From an uncultured Eubacteriales bacterium (GTDB taxonomy: Bacteria > Bacillota > Clostridia > Lachnospirales > Lachnospiraceae), in NCBI GenBank assembly GCA_900316715.1, contig ONEC01000002.1, positions 1,534-65,533 on the forward strand: a DNA stretch of 64,000 nt, read 5' to 3'. The notes beneath the pieces were generated by a model, which saw only the letters and a program-made list of their open reading frames with translations, did no database searches and was not told the DNA's origin. This document shows positions 18,018 through 27,440 of the stretch, one piece after another. A program made the translations under genes and the position numbers. Within the stretch, counting starts at the first letter, position 1. The number at the start of each line of letters is the position of its first letter.

Positions 18018-21000
18018 CTATTCCTCCTCAGCATCTGCCTCTTCCAGGAAATCATCATCTGTTCTTTCCATTTCCGGCACATCCAGATCTTCCTCTCTCA
18101 TGTCACGCTCTCTGTTAAGTGCATCATAAATACAAGGAACTACAACAAGTGTAAGCAGTGTACCATATATCATACCACCAACGACAACAATTGCCATAGG
18201 CTGTGACATTTCTGTTCCCTGTCCCATACCTGCTGCCATGGTAGACATGGAAATGATGGTTGTAAGGGCAGTCATGAATACCGGTCTGAGACGGGTCTTG
18301 GATGCTTCTATTATGGCATCACGCTTAGCCATTCCCTCACGTCTCAGCTGATTGATGTAGTCAACCAGAACGATACCGTTATTAACTATTATACCCGAAA
18401 GCATGACAAATCCAACCATGGCTATTATACTCAGCTCTTTGTTTGCAAAGAACAGTGCAGCAAAGCCTCCTGTAAATGCAAGCGGTATCGTAAACATTAT
18501 GATAAATGGTGACAGAAGACTCTGGAACTGTGCAACCATTATAAGATATATGAGAATAACTGCAAGAAGGAGCATGAGCAGAACCTGTCTCATAGCTTCG
18601 TTGATAGTCTCATCCTCACCGGTTGTCTTTATGGAATAACCTTCAGGAATATCCATCTTCTTTATGGCTTCCTTTACGTCGCTTCCCACAAGTCCGACAT
18701 TGTAACCGTCCTTAAGCTCAGCTGAAACCTCAAGATATCTTACCTGAGCATCACGTGATATAGATGAAGTTTCCTTTCTCTCTGTAAATGTAACTATTCT
18801 TGAAAGCGGAACTGTCTCTGTTTCACCTGAGATTTTATCCGTATATTCAAATGTGAGTTTTTCGATATCATTTATAGTTACTTCGGCCTGATCGTCTGTA
18901 TTAACATAGATATCCAGATCCTTTACATCAGTTGAAATGCTGGTCATAGACTTAGTATCTGAAAGCTCGGCAGATACAAGTGTAAATACCTGAGCTACTG
19001 TCATGCCATATTCAGCAGCCTTTACCTTATCTACTGATATGAAGAGTTCATCTGTAAGATCACCCAGACCTGCATCAACCTTCTCTATTCCGTCAATATC
19101 ACTGATCTCTTCTGCAACCTGTTCAGCCAGCTCTGCCAGCTTATCAAGATCACGTCCCTTGATCTGAACCTTAACACCTGATCCTGTCATCATGGACATA
19201 TCCATCATGTTTGTATTAACTGATACATCACAGTCCAGGTCCTCTGCATAGCTCATGATCTGCGCGGATATCTCATCATTTGAGAACTTTGTATTCTCAT
19301 CCAGAAGAACGTACATGGTAACGTCGTCTCCGCCGCCTCCATCCAGTGAGCCCAGAAGTGATCCGCTTCCCATCATGGCTCCGACGGTGTTAACACTTTC
19401 AATATTCTGTACACGGTCCATAAGAATGTCCGCATAGCCTGTCATTTCCTCAAAAGATCTTTCTTCATCCTCAGGAACACTGAGAGTAACTGTAACCTGT
19501 GTACTTGTCATCTCCGGGAAGAAAGCTGTTCCCTTTGATACAGAGAGCCATACGCTAAGAGCAAGAGCGCCGATTACAATAAGAAATACAACAATCTTAA
19601 ACTTCAGTGCCATTCCTACGAAACGTCCGAAGACATCGTAAAATCTTCCACGGCCTGTGCCCTTCTCTTTAGACTTTCTGAGAAGACCCTGAGCCATAGC
19701 AGGCACCAGCGTCAGCGCTACAACAAGGCTGGCCGTAAGTGTATACGCTATGGTAAGACCCATATCTACAAAGAGCTGACGTGTAAGTCCTTCAGTAAAA
19801 ACGATCGGAAGGAATACACAGATTGTAGTAAGTGTAGATGCCGTGATAGCACCTGCAACCTGACTGGCACCATATACAGATGCCTTCTTAACAGACATTC
19901 CCTCTTCCTTGCGGAGTCGGAATATATTTTCAATAACAACTATGGAGTTATCCACCAGCATTCCTATACCCAGCGTGAGACCGGACATGGAAATGATGTT
20001 AAGGGTAATTCCTGTAAAGTACATAAGTACGACTGCAAATATAACCGATATAGGTATAGCGCAGGCGATAATGATAGTAGGCTTAATATCCCTCAGGAAT
20101 ATAATAAGTATGATGATAGCAAGTCCCGCACCCAGAAGCATGTTCTGCGCAATGGACTTAACTATGATGTCAATGTACACACCCTGATCCATCAGGATTG
20201 AGAACTTAACCGGCTTATCAAGATTTCTCTCAAGTACTCCGAATCTGTCAATGATGTTGTCAGTAACATCACCTGTAGAGTAACCTGTCTGCTTTTCAAA
20301 TGTAAGGAGCAGCGCTGCCTCTCCGTTAACCTTTGCATATACAGAATCAGCATTATTAACCTTCTCTACATCTGCTATATCAGAAAGACGGATAACATCT
20401 ATTCCATCCATTCCCAGATCTATAAGAACCAGATCCTGAAGAGATTCTACATCTGGAATATCCTCACCGACTCTTATAAGATAACCACCTGCATAGCCTG
20501 CAGGCATATCAAAGTTCTGTGCTATAAGAAGTCCGTTAACTGTATCAAGTGACAGAATATTGTTCAGATCTGCCGCTGCTTTAGCATCTTCCTTAGCCTG
20601 ATCTACAGCTGACTCAGCCTGTGTAAGTCCGGCCTCACCCATCATGATCTGTGACTGAGCTTCTGCTATCTTCAGCTCACCAAGAACCTCATTCTTGTTC
20701 AGCATTATCTCGGCCTGACTGATCTGAAGCTTTCCCTGCTTGATCTGATCCTGAGCACTCTTTATAGTTTCTATTCCCACATTCAGCTTGGTAAGTGCCT
20801 CTGAAAGAAGCTTAACAATCGGCTGAACATCCAGCATTGCTTCAAGTTCTTCAAATCTTTTATCAGCTTCAGATGTAAAGCTTTCTCCGGCTTCCAGAAG
20901 ATTCTCTCCGGTTTCCTGGATCAGCTCACCGGTTTCATCAATCTTCTGCTGTGTCTCTTCGATAACTTCTCCTGCCTTCTGAATATAAGGATTCTGTGCT

Positions 21001-22130
21001 GCCTCTTCAGCTGCTGCTCTGGCCTGATCCAGGATTGACTGTGACAGACCATCAAGATTGATTCCGTACTGCTCTGCTACCGGTTCTACTGCGGTACGAA
21101 GTTCCTCGTACTTATCAATAAGCTGAAGTCTTAGTTCCGTCACTCTTGCCCTTGCAGCTTCGATGTCCATTCCCACTGATTCTGCAAACTGCTCAGCTGT
21201 CATGATACCATCATCCACAAGACTTATAAGAGATCTGAAAGACTCTATCTGTGCCTTTATCTCAGCTATCTCACCTGTGAGTGAATTAACTGTTGTTATT
21301 ATCTGTTCAAGGATGCCCTTTCCGGCTTCCATAACCATCAGGTTCTGATCCATATCAGCTGAGGTCGCATAAAGCTGTGTCTTCTGGGTATCCAGCTCAG
21401 CCTTTCCTGATGCCAGCTGTCCGGCCATCTGATTCTTTCCTGATTCCAGTTCTGCCTTACCACTTTCAAGGTCGGCCTTGTTCTTATTTATCTCTGCTTC
21501 AGCATCAAGGAACTGATCATCAATAGCCTTCTTTATCTTTTCATTAAGCTTATCAATCTTTTTCTGGTTAAGTGTAACCTGAACTGTTTCCTCAACATTT
21601 CCGGAAGCTGTTACCGATGCTACACCTTCAACACCTTCGAGCTGTGGTACAACATCACTCTTAACATAGTCTCCTGTTTCTATGCTGTCTGATCCCTCTA
21701 TTGTAACAGCTGCAACCATAACCGGGATCATATCCGGATTGAGCTGCATTACCATAGGAGCAGCCACTCCATCTCCAAGTGTGCCCTTGACCTGATCCAG
21801 TCCCTGCTGGATCTCTATCATGGTTGAATCCATGTTTGAAGTCTGCTCATATTCGAGAATGATCGTTGAATAACTGTTCCTCGAAACTGACTGCATATTC
21901 TTCAGGTTGGAGGTCGTCGCCAGAGTTGCCTCAAGTGGTGCTGTAACTTTCTGCTCCACCTCTGCCGGACTGGCTCCCGGATCCACCGTGATGACTACAA
22001 CATATGGAAGCGTCATATTAGGAAGAAGATCCATCGTCATCTTCGTAACAGCCACTATACCGATGACGATGACCGCGATCACGGCCACGAATACTGTATA
22101 TGGCTTTTTAACACTAAACTTCGAAATCAT
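18018..22130 (-). CDS. RND (AcrB/AcrD/AcrF family) efflux permease with a large coiled-coil insertion
   Basis: About 1370 aa. Typical RND start (FSVKKPYTVFV), 12-TM architecture and GMLVDNSIVVIENI plus GIIVNNGIVLVD TM4/TM10 motifs. ATG at 22130 chosen (AAGAGG 10 nt upstream); the GTG at 22136 is also possible. Confidence 0.9.
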   Translation of the reverse strand: MISKFSVKKPYTVFVAVIAVIVIGIVAVTKMTMDLLPNMTLPYVVVITVDPGASPAEVEQKVTAPLEATLATTSNLKNMQSVSRNSYSTIILEYEQTSNMDSTMIEIQQGLDQVKGTLGDGVAAPMVMQLNPDMIPVMVAAVTIEGSDSIETGDYVKSDVVPQLEGVEGVASVTASGNVEETVQVTLNQKKIDKLNEKIKKAIDDQFLDAEAEINKNKADLESGKAELESGKNQMAGQLASGKAELDTQKTQLYATSADMDQNLMVMEAGKGILEQIITTVNSLTGEIAEIKAQIESFRSLISLVDDGIMTAEQFAESVGMDIEAARARVTELRLQLIDKYEELRTAVEPVAEQYGINLDGLSQSILDQARAAAEEAAQNPYIQKAGEVIEETQQKIDETGELIQETGENLLEAGESFTSEADKRFEELEAMLDVQPIVKLLSEALTKLNVGIETIKSAQDQIKQGKLQISQAEIMLNKNEVLGELKIAEAQSQIMMGEAGLTQAESAVDQAKEDAKAAADLNNILSLDTVNGLLIAQNFDMPAGYAGGYLIRVGEDIPDVESLQDLVLIDLGMDGIDVIRLSDIADVEKVNNADSVYAKVNGEAALLLTFEKQTGYSTGDVTDNIIDRFGVLERNLDKPVKFSILMDQGVYIDIIVKSIAQNMLLGAGLAIIILIIFLRDIKPTIIIACAIPISVIFAVVLMYFTGITLNIISMSGLTLGIGMLVDNSIVVIENIFRLRKEEGMSVKKASVYGASQVAGAITASTLTTICVFLPIVFTEGLTRQLFVDMGLTIAYTLTASLVVALTLVPAMAQGLLRKSKEKGTGRGRFYDVFGRFVGMALKFKIVVFLIVIGALALSVWLSVSKGTAFFPEMTSTQVTVTLSVPEDEERSFEEMTGYADILMDRVQNIESVNTVGAMMGSGSLLGSLDGGGGDDVTMYVLLDENTKFSNDEISAQIMSYAEDLDCDVSVNTNMMDMSMMTGSGVKVQIKGRDLDKLAELAEQVAEEISDIDGIEKVDAGLGDLTDELFISVDKVKAAEYGMTVAQVFTLVSAELSDTKSMTSISTDVKDLDIYVNTDDQAEVTINDIEKLTFEYTDKISGETETVPLSRIVTFTERKETSSISRDAQVRYLEVSAELKDGYNVGLVGSDVKEAIKKMDIPEGYSIKTTGEDETINEAMRQVLLMLLLAVILIYLIMVAQFQSLLSPFIIMFTIPLAFTGGFAALFFANKELSIIAMVGFVMLSGIIVNNGIVLVDYINQLRREGMAKRDAIIEASKTRLRPVFMTALTTIISMSTMAAGMGQGTEMSQPMAIVVVGGMIYGTLLTLVVVPCIYDALNRERDMREEDLDVPEMERTDDDFLEEADAEEE

Positions 22131-22175
22131 TATCACTATACCTCTTGTTTCAATCTATACCCTTTAGTCATATCA

Positions 22176-22754
22176 TCAATCAGCAAGACATTTCTCAATA
22201 TTTCGCTTAACAATTCTTTTGAGCGTCTTATCATCTGTCAGATCTATTCCACATGCTTCCTTTATCTCTTTATGTCTGAGTACCAAAAGCTCATGAGCAC
22301 TGGCTATCTCATAAGCGATAAGCATGCATTCTCCATCAGTCTTTTTCCCGTTAAAATGCTGCTTTACCAGTGTTAATGTTCCATCATCCATATCAAACTT
22401 TTTATTCAAAACGCAGTACTTCACTACTGCCTGAGCCATGCTGAAATAATCCAGCATAATCTTGACCATCTGATATGTTCCCTCTATAAGTTTTTCCTTA
22501 GGAGACATATCACTGTTAACTATCTCTGTCAGCTCCGGCTGGCACTTTACAACCTTTTCCTGAAGTTCACTGAAAACCTCAAAGAATAAAGCATCCTTTG
22601 AACCAAAACAGTAATTGATCATGGCAAGATTTACTCCTGCCTCTTTAGTTATCGCCCTGGCCGTTACTTCTGTCCAGTCATTGCAGGATATCAAAAGTTT
22701 AAATGCAGCTGCCTTCAGGGCTCTTTTAGTTGATTCGCTTGTATTTTTTTCCAT
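22176..22754 (-). CDS. TetR/AcrR family transcriptional regulator
   Basis: 192 aa. The N-terminal HTH (ITKEAGVNLAMINYCFGSKDALF) is typical of TetR. Lies 40 nt upstream of the RND gene. Confidence 0.85.
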   Translation of the reverse strand: MEKNTSESTKRALKAAAFKLLISCNDWTEVTARAITKEAGVNLAMINYCFGSKDALFFEVFSELQEKVVKCQPELTEIVNSDMSPKEKLIEGTYQMVKIMLDYFSMAQAVVKYCVLNKKFDMDDGTLTLVKQHFNGKKTDGECMLIAYEIASAHELLVLRHKEIKEACGIDLTDDKTLKRIVKRNIEKCLAD

Positions 22755-22771
22755 ATCTATTTCTCCGTATC

Positions 22772-22799
22772 TTAAACGCGTTTAATTAAACGCGTTTAA
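22772..22799. promoter_or_regulatory. Tandem palindromic operator candidate (2 x TTAAACGCGTTTAA)
   Basis: Two abutting perfect 14-bp palindromes lie immediately downstream of the predicted -10 and 18 nt upstream of the tetR start codon. Confidence 0.6.
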
Positions 22800-22827
22800 T
22801 AGTAATACTTTGTGCCCCGGATGTCAA
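22799..22827 (-). promoter_or_regulatory. Putative sigma-A promoter of the tetR-RND operon
   Basis: Minus strand reads TTGACA, a 17-nt spacer, then TACTAT, and runs directly into the palindromes. Confidence 0.55.
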
Positions 22828-22861
22828 GGTGGAGAATTCTGCACTTTATATAAAAAAACTG

Positions 22862-23136
22862 CTGGATGCCGCTCTATATACGCACGCCTGGCAGTTAGAT
22901 GAAATACTATATACGCACGCCTGGCATCTGGATGTCGCGCTGCACCCGCGTGAGATGCCGCTCTGCAGCACTCACCAGCCTGCCAGGCTGAGAACGACTA
23001 AATATGCCCGAGGCAGTGTGCGCTTACCAGAGGGGATTTTCCCCGGGTGGGAAGCGACATCACTGCGAGGGCACATAAAGCACATCATCTAACTGGCAGG
23101 CGTACGTATAAAGTGCATCCTACTGGCGGGCGTATA
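22862..23136. repeat. GC-rich intergenic cluster of direct and inverted copies of a ~19-20 nt core (MITE-like element or structured RNA)
   Basis: CTATATACGCACGCCTGGCA occurs identically at 22874-22893 and 22907-22926. Inverted, slightly diverged copies lie at 23092-23110 and 23121-23136. The GC-rich interior contains a GGGGAttttCCCC hairpin. Confidence 0.6.
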
Positions 23137-23167
23137 ACAAAAAGAGGCGCTACATATGTAGCGCCTC
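23137..23167 (-). terminator. Intrinsic terminator of the phosphohexomutase gene
   Basis: GAGGCGCTACA/TGTAGCGCCTC palindromic stem followed on the minus strand by TTTTGTT. Confidence 0.75.
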
Positions 23168-23180
23168 CTGCAGTGTTTCA

Positions 23181-24899
23181 TTAGAAGTTCAGCATATCCT
23201 CTTTGAGCTTTGCAACCTTAGCCTCTGAATCCTCCATGCTGCTTCCCTTTACTCCGAAGTAGAACTTGATCTTCGGCTCTGTTCCTGAAGGACGAACACA
23301 GCACCATGCATTATCCTCAAGCTCATAGTAAAGAACGTTTGATGAAGGAAGTCCTGTTGAAGTCTTCTCTCCTGTTACAAAGTCAACTCTCTCGTCTGCC
23401 TTGTAATCTCTTGAAGCAAGTACCTTGAATCCTCCAAGTTCCTTAGGTGGATTCTCACGGAATGTCTGCATCTTCTTCTGAATCTCAGCAGCACCGTCGA
23501 TACCCTTAAGCTCAAGAGTAGCAAGTCCTTCTTTATAATATCCATACTTCTCATAGAGATCAAGCATAGCATCCCACAGAGTCTTGCCCTGCTTCTTGCA
23601 GAATGCAGCAACCTCGCAGAGCATCATAACTGCTACGATAGAATCCTTATCTCTTGCGTATGTACCTGTAAGACATCCGTAAGACTCCTCAAGACCGAAT
23701 ACATAGTTGTTGCATCCTGTCTCTTCGAAGATCTTGATCTGCTCACCGATATACTTAAATCCTGTAAGAACCTCGATGCAGCGTGCATTGTACTCTGCAG
23801 CGATAGCCTTAGCAAGATCAGTTGTAACGATAGTTGTAACAAGGGCAGGATTCTCAGGCATGGTACCTGTAGCAAGCTTCTCTCTGAAAATGTACTCAGC
23901 GATAAGCATACCTGACATGTTACCAGTAAAGCTTACATACTTTCCTGTCTTTGTATCCTTAGCGTATACACCAAGTCTGTCTGCATCAGGGTCTGTAGCA
24001 AGAACGATATCTGCATCAACCTCATTTGCAAGCTTAAGAGCAAGCTCCCATGCCTTTGGATCTTCAGGATTAGGATAAGCAACTGTAGGAAAGCTTCCAT
24101 CAGGAATCTTCTGCTGTGGCTCAACATAAACCTGTGTGAATCCGAGGTCCTTAAGAACTCTTCTTACCGGTACATTTCCTGTACCATGAAGTGGTGTATA
24201 AACAATCTTCATATCCTTAGCCATCTCAGGGATGATCTCAGGATGAATACTCTGTGCCTTGACCTGTGCTATGAACTTATCATCGAAATCTGATCCGATA
24301 ACATTGAAAAGTCCAAGAGATCTTGCATCATCCTCATCCATGGTCTTAACCATAGAGAAGTCTGTGATCTTTGCAACCTCATCCATAATACCTGTATCAT
24401 GAGGAGGTGTAACCTGTGCACCATCTTCCCAGTAAACCTTGTATCCGTTGTACTCACGTGGATTGTGGCTTGCTGTAACCATGATACCTGCGATACATCC
24501 GAGCTCTCTAACTGCAAATGAAAGCTCCGGTGTAGGTCTGAGTGACTCAAAAAGATAAGTCTTAATACCATTTGCATTAAGACATTTTGCTGCCTCTCTC
24601 GCAAATTCCGGTGAAAGGATACGGCTGTCGTGTGATATTGCAACACCCTTATCCTGTCCGTTATGTGCAACAATATAGTTTGCCAGTCCCTGTGTAGCCT
24701 GACGAACTGTATATATATTCATTCTGTTTGTTCCGGCGCCTCTTACTCCTCTGAGACCACCTGTTCCGAATTCAAGACTGCGATAAAAACGATCTTCGAT
24801 TTCTGCTTCATCACCCTCAATGCTCTTCAGTTCTGCCTTGGTCTCCTCATCAAAATAAGGATCATCCAGCCAGCTCTGATATAACTCACGATATGTCAT
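23181..24899 (-). CDS. Phosphoglucomutase/phosphomannomutase (alpha-D-phosphohexomutase)
   Basis: 572 aa. Active-site TASHNPREYNGYK, metal loop DPDADR, and GEESYG-like LEESYG. Confidence 0.9.
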   Translation of the reverse strand: MTYRELYQSWLDDPYFDEETKAELKSIEGDEAEIEDRFYRSLEFGTGGLRGVRGAGTNRMNIYTVRQATQGLANYIVAHNGQDKGVAISHDSRILSPEFAREAAKCLNANGIKTYLFESLRPTPELSFAVRELGCIAGIMVTASHNPREYNGYKVYWEDGAQVTPPHDTGIMDEVAKITDFSMVKTMDEDDARSLGLFNVIGSDFDDKFIAQVKAQSIHPEIIPEMAKDMKIVYTPLHGTGNVPVRRVLKDLGFTQVYVEPQQKIPDGSFPTVAYPNPEDPKAWELALKLANEVDADIVLATDPDADRLGVYAKDTKTGKYVSFTGNMSGMLIAEYIFREKLATGTMPENPALVTTIVTTDLAKAIAAEYNARCIEVLTGFKYIGEQIKIFEETGCNNYVFGLEESYGCLTGTYARDKDSIVAVMMLCEVAAFCKKQGKTLWDAMLDLYEKYGYYKEGLATLELKGIDGAAEIQKKMQTFRENPPKELGGFKVLASRDYKADERVDFVTGEKTSTGLPSSNVLYYELEDNAWCCVRPSGTEPKIKFYFGVKGSSMEDSEAKVAKLKEDMLNF

Positions 24900-25064
24900 T
24901 TCGTACCCTCCTAATTCAGTTCAAAGATATGCTTATTTTAAATCTATATACGAATTCAGTCAAGGAAAAGCCCTCACCGCCCCTAAAAAATATGCTTTAT
25001 ATTTGAGCCTCTTTTGTGTATAATCCCATGTAGTAAAAATCTAATTATGAAAAGAGATTTATTT

Positions 25065-26129
25065 ATGAAGAAAATCGTACTAACCGGCGGTGGTACTGCC
25101 GGACACGTAACACCGAATATGGCTATAATTCCCCGCCTCAAGGAAATGGGCTACGAGATAAGCTATATCGGAACTTATAACGGTATCGAGAGAAAGCTCA
25201 TCGAGGATATGGGAATCCCTTACTACGGAATATCTTCAGGAAAGCTCAGACGTTACTTCTCATGGAAGAACTTCAGCGATCCTTTCCGCGTACTGAAGGG
25301 CTACGGCGAAGCTAAGAAGCTTATCAAGAAGCTGGCTCCGGACGTTGTCTTCTCCAAGGGCGGGTTCGTATCCGTACCGGTGGTTTTTGCAGCAAGCAAG
25401 CGAAAGGTTCCTGTAGTAATCCACGAGTCTGATATGACTCCGGGACTTGCCAATAAGCTGGCCCTTCCAAAGGCAAGCAAGGTATGCTGCAACTTCCCTG
25501 AGACCAAAGACACCTTCCCTGAAGGCGTTGCAACGGTAACAGGTACACCGATCAGAGCTGAGCTTTATCAGGGAAATGCAGCGGCAGCCAAAGAGTTTTG
25601 CGGCTTCCAGTATGATAAGCCGACTGTTCTTGTCATCGGAGGAAGTACCGGAAGTGTTGGAGTAAACAACGCCGTTCGTTCCTGCCTTGACAGAATTCTT
25701 CCTGAATACAATGTTATCCACATCTGTGGAAAGGGCAAGACTGACGATAGCTATAACAATAAGCCCGGCTACATTCAGTACGAATACATAAAGAAAGAAC
25801 TTACAGATATCTTCGCTCTTGCAGATATCGTTATATCAAGAGCAGGTGCAAATGCTATCTGCGAGCTTCACGCTCTTAAGAAGCCCAACATCCTGATTCC
25901 GCTCCCGCTTAAGCAGAGCCGCGGAGATCAGATTCTGAATGCCCGTTCCTTTGAAAAGAGCGGTTTCAGTAAAGTTATCATGGAAGAGGATATCACAGAT
26001 GATATTCTGGTTGATGCCATTCATGAGGTAATGCGTGATAAGGATAAATATATAGAAGCCATGTCAAAGGATAAGGAAGCTGATTCCATTACTCTTATCA
26101 CAGGCATTATTGATTCACTGGTTAAATAA
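25065..26129 (+). CDS. murG: Undecaprenyldiphospho-muramoylpentapeptide beta-N-acetylglucosaminyltransferase
   Basis: MKKIVLTGGGTAGHVTPN G-loop, and the C-terminal ISRAGANAICEL segment typical of MurG. Start moved to the ATG at 25065. Confidence 0.9.
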   Translation: MKKIVLTGGGTAGHVTPNMAIIPRLKEMGYEISYIGTYNGIERKLIEDMGIPYYGISSGKLRRYFSWKNFSDPFRVLKGYGEAKKLIKKLAPDVVFSKGGFVSVPVVFAASKRKVPVVIHESDMTPGLANKLALPKASKVCCNFPETKDTFPEGVATVTGTPIRAELYQGNAAAAKEFCGFQYDKPTVLVIGGSTGSVGVNNAVRSCLDRILPEYNVIHICGKGKTDDSYNNKPGYIQYEYIKKELTDIFALADIVISRAGANAICELHALKKPNILIPLPLKQSRGDQILNARSFEKSGFSKVIMEEDITDDILVDAIHEVMRDKDKYIEAMSKDKEADSITLITGIIDSLVK

Positions 26130-26149
26130 TCCACCCCCAAAAAGGGCAC

Positions 26150-26183
26150 AAAAAAAAGGTCGGTACATTGTACCGACCTTTTA
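26150..26183. terminator. Bidirectional intrinsic terminator
   Basis: AAAAAAAA-GGTCGGTAC-att-GTACCGACC-TTTT, between convergent murG and the 166-aa gene. Confidence 0.75.
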
Positions 26184-26194
26184 ATATGTCTTTA

Positions 26195-26695
26195 TTATTT
26201 GCACATAGAGTCAAGGCAAAGCTGATAATATGGATTATCCTGACCATACTCTGTCTCATTTACCATAACTGACTTAAGTGTAGCCTTTGTAAGCTTTCCG
26301 TTCTCTCTCTTAACATCGAAGATAAGTCTTACATGTGCATTTGTAAATGTAACATTCTTATCATCAGCCATCTGGCTTGCCATAGCAACTGTACAGTTGA
26401 ATGTATCACCATATACAGTCATTGATCCGTTGCCAAGATCATCAACTACATCATCTGCTATTGTCCAAGCAGAATTTGAATATCTTGAAAGCATAGCTCC
26501 GAAAGACATGTCATTGTTTGGAACCTTAGCGTTCTTAAGATCATTAATAACGTCTGCTGACCAGCTTTTTGTAAATCCCTGAATTTTCTCGGTAAGAGGC
26601 ATCTTATATTTTGCAGGAAGTATAATGTAAATACCTAATAAGAGACCCACCGCAATAATGATACCGATAACGACTCTAAGAATCTTGTTAACCAT
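26195..26695 (-). CDS. Membrane-anchored hypothetical protein (166 aa)
   Basis: N-terminal TM helix (VVIGIIIAVGLLLGIYIIL) followed by a soluble domain. No known motif. Confidence 0.6.
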   Translation of the reverse strand: MVNKILRVVIGIIIAVGLLLGIYIILPAKYKMPLTEKIQGFTKSWSADVINDLKNAKVPNNDMSFGAMLSRYSNSAWTIADDVVDDLGNGSMTVYGDTFNCTVAMASQMADDKNVTFTNAHVRLIFDVKRENGKLTKATLKSVMVNETEYGQDNPYYQLCLDSMCK

Positions 26696-26728
26696 AACCC
26701 TATTTTCACTCCTTAAAAATATATAAAT

Positions 26729-27319
26729 TTAAAAAAGTTCTTTTTCAAGCTGATATATATAACTCTCTATCAGCTGCATACGCTTAACATATTCCGCTCT
26801 TGCAGCTTCCGTCTTGCATCTCTTAATCTTCGGCTTATTCTTCCTGTAGAAGTCCTTGATTCTGTAATAAGCTCTCTTGTAGCTTGCTTCATCCTCAAGT
26901 GCGGTTGCCATACAGTCCCACATGATTCCGATGGCACCAACCTCATCCAGAAGATCTGCATCCATAACGATCTTAGCCTCGATTGAAAGCTCTCTCTCAG
27001 TATCCTTGTCGGAGTGCTGAAGGATAATCTCACCAACCTTTGTGATAAGCGCCGGATCAACTCCTATACTGTCCAGATATTCAACTGCAATCTCTGCGCT
27101 CACTTCGTTATGCGGACGCTCATCTTCCCATCCTACATCATGAAGAAGTGCTGCCAGAACGATCACATCCAGATCTCCTCCCAGTTTCGTCTGGAGTCTG
27201 ATGGCCCATCTGTAAACACGCATGGTGTGCTCATAACGATTTCTGAACGGATATAGATTCGGTCTTCCGTTTTCAGAAGATGTTTTTTTCACAAACTCAA
27301 TTACTTCTGAGTAATCCAT
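26729..27319 (-). CDS. HD-domain phosphohydrolase
   Basis: H...HD signature (YEHTMRV...LAALLHDVGW) and a downstream ...MDADLLDE. Confidence 0.8.
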   Translation of the reverse strand: MDYSEVIEFVKKTSSENGRPNLYPFRNRYEHTMRVYRWAIRLQTKLGGDLDVIVLAALLHDVGWEDERPHNEVSAEIAVEYLDSIGVDPALITKVGEIILQHSDKDTERELSIEAKIVMDADLLDEVGAIGIMWDCMATALEDEASYKRAYYRIKDFYRKNKPKIKRCKTEAARAEYVKRMQLIESYIYQLEKELF

Positions 27320-27440
27320 GAATAAGTTTCCCCTTCACATTACATTTACGGGTATAGTATCCCCATCTGTAACAACTAATTTACATAATAACACTATTAT
27401 CAGATTATTGCAATCAAATCTGTTTATTCCCCATTAACTA

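Noticed and set aside
22829-23092. 87-aa plus-strand ORF between tetR and the phosphohexomutase gene
   Set aside because: It lies entirely within the GC-rich repeat element, has no RBS, and its sequence simply mirrors the direct repeats (..YTHAWQLDE..YTHAWHLDV..).
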